From an uncultured bacterium (GTDB taxonomy: Bacteria; Auribacterota; Erginobacteria; Erginobacterales; Erginobacteraceae), in contig CAWGIE010000007.1 of the NCBI GenBank assembly GCA_963822585.1, forward strand, positions 209,647-273,646: DNA of 64,000 nucleotides, given 5' to 3'. The notes beneath the pieces are model-generated. The model saw only the letters and a program-made list of their open reading frames with translations, was not told where the DNA came from and searched no databases. The position numbers and the translations under genes were made by a program. Positions 58,558 to 64,000 of the stretch are shown piece after piece. Within the stretch, counting starts at the first letter, position 1, and each line of letters begins with the position of its first letter.

Positions 58558-59644
58558 TAATGCTCGGCTCCCAGAAAGCCACCCTGACTTTCTCCCCCAC
58601 GGCCAGGTTGAGACGCTGCCGGATATAGACCGGGAACTTCAGTTCGAAATCGAAGGGTTCGGGGCTGCCGTCAATCCGGAACCGCATCAGGCAATGTTCG
58701 GGGAGCATGAAGAGGGAGACGATCGTCCCCGAAAATACGTTTCTTTGCAGCGAATCCCTGAGCGGCGCGCCCTCCCTGACCACCTTGATGTCCTGCTGCC
58801 GGGCACAGACCGATACCCGCGTGCCGGCCGCGATCGTTTCCCCGACCGTGATCCGGAAGTGGCCGAGGTCTATCTCCGCTCCCCCCGGGACCGGCCGGGC
58901 GGACCCGGAAAAGATGTTCCGATAGCCGAGAAAGCGTCCGATCCGCTCCGAGGACGGATGCTGGAAGATATCCTCCTTCAAACCGCTCTGAACCAGCCGT
59001 CCGTCGATCAGGACCGAGAGCTTATCCCCCAGGGTGTAGGCCTCTTCCAGGTTGTGGGTGATATGCACGGCCGTCACCCCGGCCCGGCCGATCGCCTCTT
59101 TTAGCTCGAACCAGAGCAGGCGGCGGCTGCCCTCGTCGATAGCCGAGAATGGTTCATCGAGGAGGATAACCTCCGGCTCCGCGATCAGAGCCCGGGCCAG
59201 GGCCACTTTTTGCTGTTCCCCGCCGGAGAGGGTGCGGACGTCTCTTGCCAGAAGATTTTCGATCCGCAAGGCCTCGCACTGGCGGCGGAGCGACCTTTCC
59301 GCCTCCCCGGCCGGCAGCCGGCGGGTGAAGAGTCCAAAGCGGATATTGCCCTCGACCGTAAGATGAGGAAAGAGGGCATAGTTCTGGGGGAGATACCCCA
59401 GGCTGCGCTTTTCGGGGGGAAGCCCGGTCAGGTCCCGGCCGCCAAGCAGGATGGTCCCCCCCCGGGGCCGGTTGATACCCAGGATACATTTAATCAGGCT
59501 GGTTTTTCCGCTCCCGGTAGGCCCGAGGAGGATATGATATTCACCCCGGCGGCAGGAAAACGCTACCTCCCGGAGACAAAAATCACCGGCGTGAAAGTTC
59601 AGCCCGGATATGTCCAGATACGTATTATTCATATCCCCAGACAC
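58541..59644 (-). CDS. modC: Molybdate/tungstate ABC transporter ATPase
   Basis: GPTGSGKT, LSGGEQQK, LLDEP; C-terminal TOBE-like region. Confidence 0.8.
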   Translation of the reverse strand: MSGDMNNTYLDISGLNFHAGDFCLREVAFSCRRGEYHILLGPTGSGKTSLIKCILGINRPRGGTILLGGRDLTGLPPEKRSLGYLPQNYALFPHLTVEGNIRFGLFTRRLPAGEAERSLRRQCEALRIENLLARDVRTLSGGEQQKVALARALIAEPEVILLDEPFSAIDEGSRRLLWFELKEAIGRAGVTAVHITHNLEEAYTLGDKLSVLIDGRLVQSGLKEDIFQHPSSERIGRFLGYRNIFSGSARPVPGGAEIDLGHFRITVGETIAAGTRVSVCARQQDIKVVREGAPLRDSLQRNVFSGTIVSLFMLPEHCLMRFRIDGSPEPFDFELKFPVYIRQRLNLAVGEKVRVAFWEPSIIIFRQ

Positions 59645-60404
59645 CGGTTTTACGGACGCTGAAAAGAATGCCCAGGGAAAAGCCGACCAGAATCAGGATA
59701 AAGATCAGCGCGTTGGCGATATCGGCCGACTCGAAGTTCAAAAAAATCGCCACCGGGAGCGTCTCGGTCTTGAAGGTGGTGGCCCCGGCCAGGGTGACGG
59801 TGGCCCCGAACTCCCCGATCGCGCGTCCCCAGATGAGGAGAAAAGCCGAGAGCAAGCCGCGGCGGGACATCGGGAGAACCACACGGGTGAAAACTTGCAA
59901 TTGGTTCATGCCCAACGACCGCGCCAGATGTTCGTAGGTGATATCCACTCCCTCGAAGGTAGTCTTGAGAAGGCGGATCGCCAGGCCGACAACGACGCAG
60001 AACTGAGCCAGGACGATCCCTTTTACCTCGAAAACGAAAGACCCGAAAATCCCGGATAAAAACCGGCCCGGTGCGGTGTTGAAAAAGATCAGGAGCAACG
60101 CGCCCAGGGCGATCGGGGAAAGAATGATCGGGAGGTCGAGGAGGGTGTCCAGAAGGGACTTGCCGAAAAAGGCGTGGCGGGAGAGCAAATAAGCGACCGG
60201 AACGGCGATAATGATCCCCAGGAGGGACGCGACGGTGGCCGTGAGAAGCGAGAGCTTGATCGCGAAGAAGATCTCCGATGTGTTCGGCGCTTCCAAAAAG
60301 CCGCCGGAAACCAGTTCCCCGGCGGCGCCGGCCAGGAGCAGGAGGAGAAACCCGGCCAGGACAAGAGCGGGCAAGAGAAGGATCAGGTTGAAGAGCCGGT
60401 TCAT
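59625..60404 (-). CDS. modB: Molybdate/tungstate ABC transporter permease
   Basis: LDLPIILSP, ARSLG, RAIGEFGAT. Confidence 0.85.
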   Translation of the reverse strand: MNRLFNLILLLPALVLAGFLLLLLAGAAGELVSGGFLEAPNTSEIFFAIKLSLLTATVASLLGIIIAVPVAYLLSRHAFFGKSLLDTLLDLPIILSPIALGALLLIFFNTAPGRFLSGIFGSFVFEVKGIVLAQFCVVVGLAIRLLKTTFEGVDITYEHLARSLGMNQLQVFTRVVLPMSRRGLLSAFLLIWGRAIGEFGATVTLAGATTFKTETLPVAIFLNFESADIANALIFILILVGFSLGILFSVRKTGVWGYE

Positions 60405-61321
60405 CTGTTGGCGAAATGGTTTTTCACGATCTCGAAGTATGACGGCTTGAGAACATACTCCCCGCCGATGGCCGCCGTGGGAGAAAACTCCCTGGCCTTC
60501 TCTCTCGCGACTACATAGCCGTACTTTTCGTAGATCTTCCGGCCCCGGGGGGAGAGCACAAAATCGATAAACCGGCGGGAAAGGCCCTCATCCCGGGTGC
60601 AGGCGGGGATGGAGATGGGAATATAGGAGATCCGGGGGATCCGGGCGGGATCGATAGGAACATATTCCATCCGTTCCGGATTCCAGTAATGAAAAACCCG
60701 CCAGCCCAGGATAGCGTCCACCTGCCCCAGGGCCGCCAGATTAGCCGTCTTGGAACAACTCCCGCCAAAAGTGACCACGTTCTCCATGACACCGGCCAGC
60801 AACCCGTTCTTTTCCAGCAGCTCCACGCCATAGAGTCCGAGGCAGACAGTCTCCGGATTTCCCATACCGACCCTGACGCCAGGACGGGTAAGATCGTCCA
60901 AGGCATGAATGGAAGCGGGGTTGCCGGCCGGGGTGATGATGGCGGGGATGAGATAGGCCACTATCCGGTCGCTGCCCGGTATCAGCAACTTTTTTCTCAC
61001 CCCTTTGATAATATAATCAGGGGATCCCGGCAGATAAATCTCGCCCTGCCCGCTCAGTTCCAGCTGGGAGAGGAGCGTTCCGGAACCTCCGAAAGTCATG
61101 TTGACGGTGATCGCGGTCTCTTTTTCGAAGAGGGCGGCGATCTCTTCCATCGCCGGCTTGTTAGCCGAACCGCAATACACAAACAGCGATGGCGCTTTTT
61201 TCTCTTCGCCCGGGCGGGTGCAGCCTGACAGGGCCGCGAAGAGAACGAGGAGGAACAGGGATAGATATCTCCTTCTTTTTCCTCGCCGTCGCCATTTTTT
61301 TCCGGGCTGCTTGTGCTTCAT
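60401..61321 (-). CDS. modA: Molybdate ABC transporter substrate-binding lipoprotein
   Basis: LSGC lipobox, FGGSGTL, GNP; operon context. Confidence 0.8.
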   Translation of the reverse strand: MKHKQPGKKWRRRGKRRRYLSLFLLVLFAALSGCTRPGEEKKAPSLFVYCGSANKPAMEEIAALFEKETAITVNMTFGGSGTLLSQLELSGQGEIYLPGSPDYIIKGVRKKLLIPGSDRIVAYLIPAIITPAGNPASIHALDDLTRPGVRVGMGNPETVCLGLYGVELLEKNGLLAGVMENVVTFGGSCSKTANLAALGQVDAILGWRVFHYWNPERMEYVPIDPARIPRISYIPISIPACTRDEGLSRRFIDFVLSPRGRKIYEKYGYVVAREKAREFSPTAAIGGEYVLKPSYFEIVKNHFANR

Positions 61322-61349
61322 TGTCAGACTCCCGTTAACAGGTGAATAC

Positions 61350-61373
61350 CGTTATATATTCTAAAATATATCG
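61350..61373. promoter_or_regulatory. ModE-type operator upstream of modA
   Basis: CGTTATATA-N6-AATATATCG resembles the ModE box CGTTATATA-N-TATATAACG. Confidence 0.65.
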
Positions 61374-61735
61374 GGAATCGTCAATGGAAAGATGCTTTCA
61401 AGGATAACAAAAAGGGAAATTCAACGCCGAACGCCCACCAAATGAAATGCCTAAAGTTGAAAAACTGTAGTATCGCCGCCTTCGGCGGCTTGTAGGACCG
61501 GCTGCGCCTTGTAGGAAATGTAGGATCGCTTCGCTTGCATATGGGGCACGGGGCATAGGGATGGTAAGGCTGGTAGCCCTGTGTCCTCCGTGGTTCATAA
61601 GGGGGACACCGGGAGGGAACATAAATATTCTTAGTGTCTTCGTGTCTTGGTGGTCATCAAAGGAACGCGAGGCGAGGGGTCAATTCGTGTAATTCGCGTA
61701 ATTCGTAGTTTTATTAATGGGGCCGCGGCGGGGGG

Positions 61736-61924
61736 TCAGGGAAGGAGAGGGTTTTTTTTGTCCAGCTTCGAACCCAGGGACTCGCCGCAGACCGGGCAGG
61801 TGTAGTCATACTTATCTCCTCCCGGGAGCACCAGGAGAAGCTTTTTCCTGACCTCGACCGGCCGCCGGCAGCGGGGACAGTAGAGGGTTACCGCGTCAAA
61901 CTCTCCGAAATAGTCCTGCCTCAT
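61736..61924 (-). CDS. Small zinc-ribbon protein
   Basis: CPRC...CPVCG; GGAG SD upstream. Confidence 0.7.
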   Translation of the reverse strand: MRQDYFGEFDAVTLYCPRCRRPVEVRKKLLLVLPGGDKYDYTCPVCGESLGSKLDKKNPLLP

Positions 61925-62208
61925 AAATTCGTTCACTCCGTTCGCGAATTTAGTTTTGAACAAAGACAAAGCTTATAGGGACAGCAGTGTATAAGGCAAT
62001 AATAATATCATGCTCTCGGGCAAGCACTTGCTTGCAGGCAACTATTATTTATTGCGTTGTCGCGAGTAGAAATATGTCGTGGGCCGGCCGATTGAAAAAA
62101 CAGTATATTTTCGCGTGTCTGTTCATGTATTCTTGGTCGTGGTGCAAAACTAACCCGATTGAGGAGTAAATCGGGTTAAACTAAAATCTTACGAAGTAAA
62201 ATTTTACA

Positions 62209-62829
62209 GTGATCGCGATTATCGATTACGGGATGGGCAATCTGCGCAGCGTCGAGAAGGCGCTCCTTTCCCTGGGGGCGGACTGTTCGATCATCTCCCG
62301 GCCGGGCGCCGGCATCCGTTATTCCGGCGTGATCCTTCCCGGCGTGGGGGCTTTCGGCGACGCGATGAAAAGCCTCCGGCAGGAAGGCTGGATTGATTGG
62401 ATTCAGGAGACAATCAATTCCGGGCTGCCCTTCCTCGGCATCTGCCTCGGCCTCCAGCTCCTCTTCAGCCGGAGCGAAGAGGGGGCAGGCGCTGGCGGAC
62501 TCGGCGTGATCCCGGGCAAAGTCGTCAGGTTCCCCGATTCCGCGGGGATTATCCCGCATATGGGTTGGAACCAATTGAAGATAACCTCCGCCACCCCGCT
62601 CCTGTCGGGGCTGGAAGACGGCTGTTACGTTTATTTCGTCCATTCCTATATTGTCATACCCGAGGACCCGGGTGTCATCGCCGCGCTGACCGATTACGGG
62701 GACGACTTTGTCTCCGCGGTGGCCAGAGACAACGTCTACGGCCTCCAGTTCCACCCGGAAAAAAGCCAGGCGGTGGGATTGGCCATCCTGCAAAATTTCA
62801 TCGACATCACTCGATCATCACCAAGATAA
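62209..62829 (+). CDS. hisH: Imidazole glycerol phosphate synthase subunit HisH
   Basis: DYGMGNL, PGVGAF, GICLG, QFHPEKS. Confidence 0.96.
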   Translation: MIAIIDYGMGNLRSVEKALLSLGADCSIISRPGAGIRYSGVILPGVGAFGDAMKSLRQEGWIDWIQETINSGLPFLGICLGLQLLFSRSEEGAGAGGLGVIPGKVVRFPDSAGIIPHMGWNQLKITSATPLLSGLEDGCYVYFVHSYIVIPEDPGVIAALTDYGDDFVSAVARDNVYGLQFHPEKSQAVGLAILQNFIDITRSSPR

Positions 62830-63213
62830 TCACTGATAATAAAGACTGATTAAACCACGAAGGACACCCCGTACAATGAACTTCGTTCATCACGGGGCAG
62901 GCTCCGAACACGAAGTTTAGGAAGGGGGGAAACAACGTTGCTCTGTTCTGTAATCAAAATCAGATCATAAGCTCTTTCTCATAGATGCAAATGCCATTAA
63001 CATCATCAAGCACATCGTCCATATCAATGAAGCGCGCACTGCTTAGTAAAGGAATAATACAAACTACCCGTGTTTCACCGTCTATTTCTGACTGAGCCCC
63101 GATATAATCGGGTGTGAACTCATTAACAAAGAGTTTTTCTTCGTGTTCTTCGTGTCCTTCGTGGTGATATTTTCTTTTTGTCTGAGAATGAAAGAATAGC
63201 AAAGGGTTCAATT

Positions 63214-63969
63214 ATGTTAGCCAAGAGGATTATTCCCTGTCTCGACGTGGCTGACGGCCGGGTGGTCAAGGGGATCAACTTTGTTGACCTCCGGGACGCC
63301 GGCGATCCGGTCGAGCAGGCAAAATTTTACGAAGAAGAGGGGGCCGACGAACTGGTCTTTCTCGATATTACCGCCTCCGCGGAAAAGAGAAAAACGATCA
63401 TCGAGCTGGCGAACCGCACCGCCGATCAAGTTTTTATGCCCTTCACCATCGGCGGGGGAATCGAGGATTTGGACGACATCCGCGCCATCCTGAAAGCGGG
63501 CGCCGATAAGATCTCCATCAATACCGCCGCGGTCAATGACCCCCCTTTAATCAACCGGGCCGCGGCGCGTTTCGGCACTCAGTGCATCGTGGTCGCCATT
63601 GATGCCAGAAGGCGTCCGGGCGGCTGGGAAGTCTATACCCACGGGGGGCGGAGGGCGACCGGGAAAAACGCCGTCGAATGGGCGCGGGAGGCCCGGGAAC
63701 GCGGAGCCGGAGAGATCCTTCTCACCAGCATGGACGGGGACGGGACTCTCGCCGGATATGACATCGAACTCACCCGGGCGATCGCCCGAAAGGTCACCAT
63801 CCCGGTCATCGCCTCCGGCGGGGCGGGAACATTGGATCATCTCTACCGGGGACTCGTCGAGGGGGAAGCACAGGCTGTTCTGGCCGCTTCCATCTTCCAT
63901 TTCCGGACCTATACCATCCGGGAAGCGAAGGAATACCTGCGGGAGAGAGGGGTGACGGTCAGGCTGTAA
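63214..63969 (+). CDS. hisF: Imidazole glycerol phosphate synthase subunit HisF
   Basis: [28 protein letters not shown]. Confidence 0.97.
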   Translation: MLAKRIIPCLDVADGRVVKGINFVDLRDAGDPVEQAKFYEEEGADELVFLDITASAEKRKTIIELANRTADQVFMPFTIGGGIEDLDDIRAILKAGADKISINTAAVNDPPLINRAAARFGTQCIVVAIDARRRPGGWEVYTHGGRRATGKNAVEWAREARERGAGEILLTSMDGDGTLAGYDIELTRAIARKVTIPVIASGGAGTLDHLYRGLVEGEAQAVLAASIFHFRTYTIREAKEYLRERGVTVRL

Positions 63970-64000
63970 GGCCCCCCGTTAGTTTACTTCGACCTGCTGC

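Noticed and set aside
61380..61620. Moco/tungsten riboswitch upstream of modA
   Set aside because: The hairpins match dispersed REP-like modules also seen near 3760; a ModE-like box explains regulation more simply.
62830..63213. hisA or another gene between hisH and hisF (83-aa minus ORF)
   Set aside because: The gap is ~385 bp of repeats plus an AT-rich fragment; no HisA similarity, and the ORF is partly repeat-derived.
1..64000. tRNA or rRNA genes
   Set aside because: None recognised.

Overview
GC-rich bacterial chromosome segment. The flanks hold housekeeping genes: amgK-like (partial), msrAB, moaA-moaC-mog, mutM, two TPR paralogs, a DnaA-box cluster (candidate oriC), MoaD/ThiF, glmS, mnmG and QueG-like on the left; a molybdate/tungstate ABC transporter, hisH and hisF on the right. 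The centre (23.4-57.1 kb) is a chromosomal integron: a long-form intI (minus strand), attI at ~24,986 and about 44 attC-delimited, mostly AT-rich cassettes (membrane, secreted or TPR hypotheticals, five TA modules, a methyltransferase). Two attC sites were hit by IS elements: a triple tandem IS5/ISNCY-like element at one R'' box, and an IS110/IS1111-type element inside another. The most unusual signal is a set of ten gene-less cassettes in two sequence families (7 x ~218 bp; 1 full, 1 clipped and 1 remnant of a ~190 bp type). They use GAT/ATC cores instead of GTT/AAC, and both families carry an internal 24-nt perfect antisense copy of their own excised-circle junction. All calls are by eye; no database search or folding program was run.
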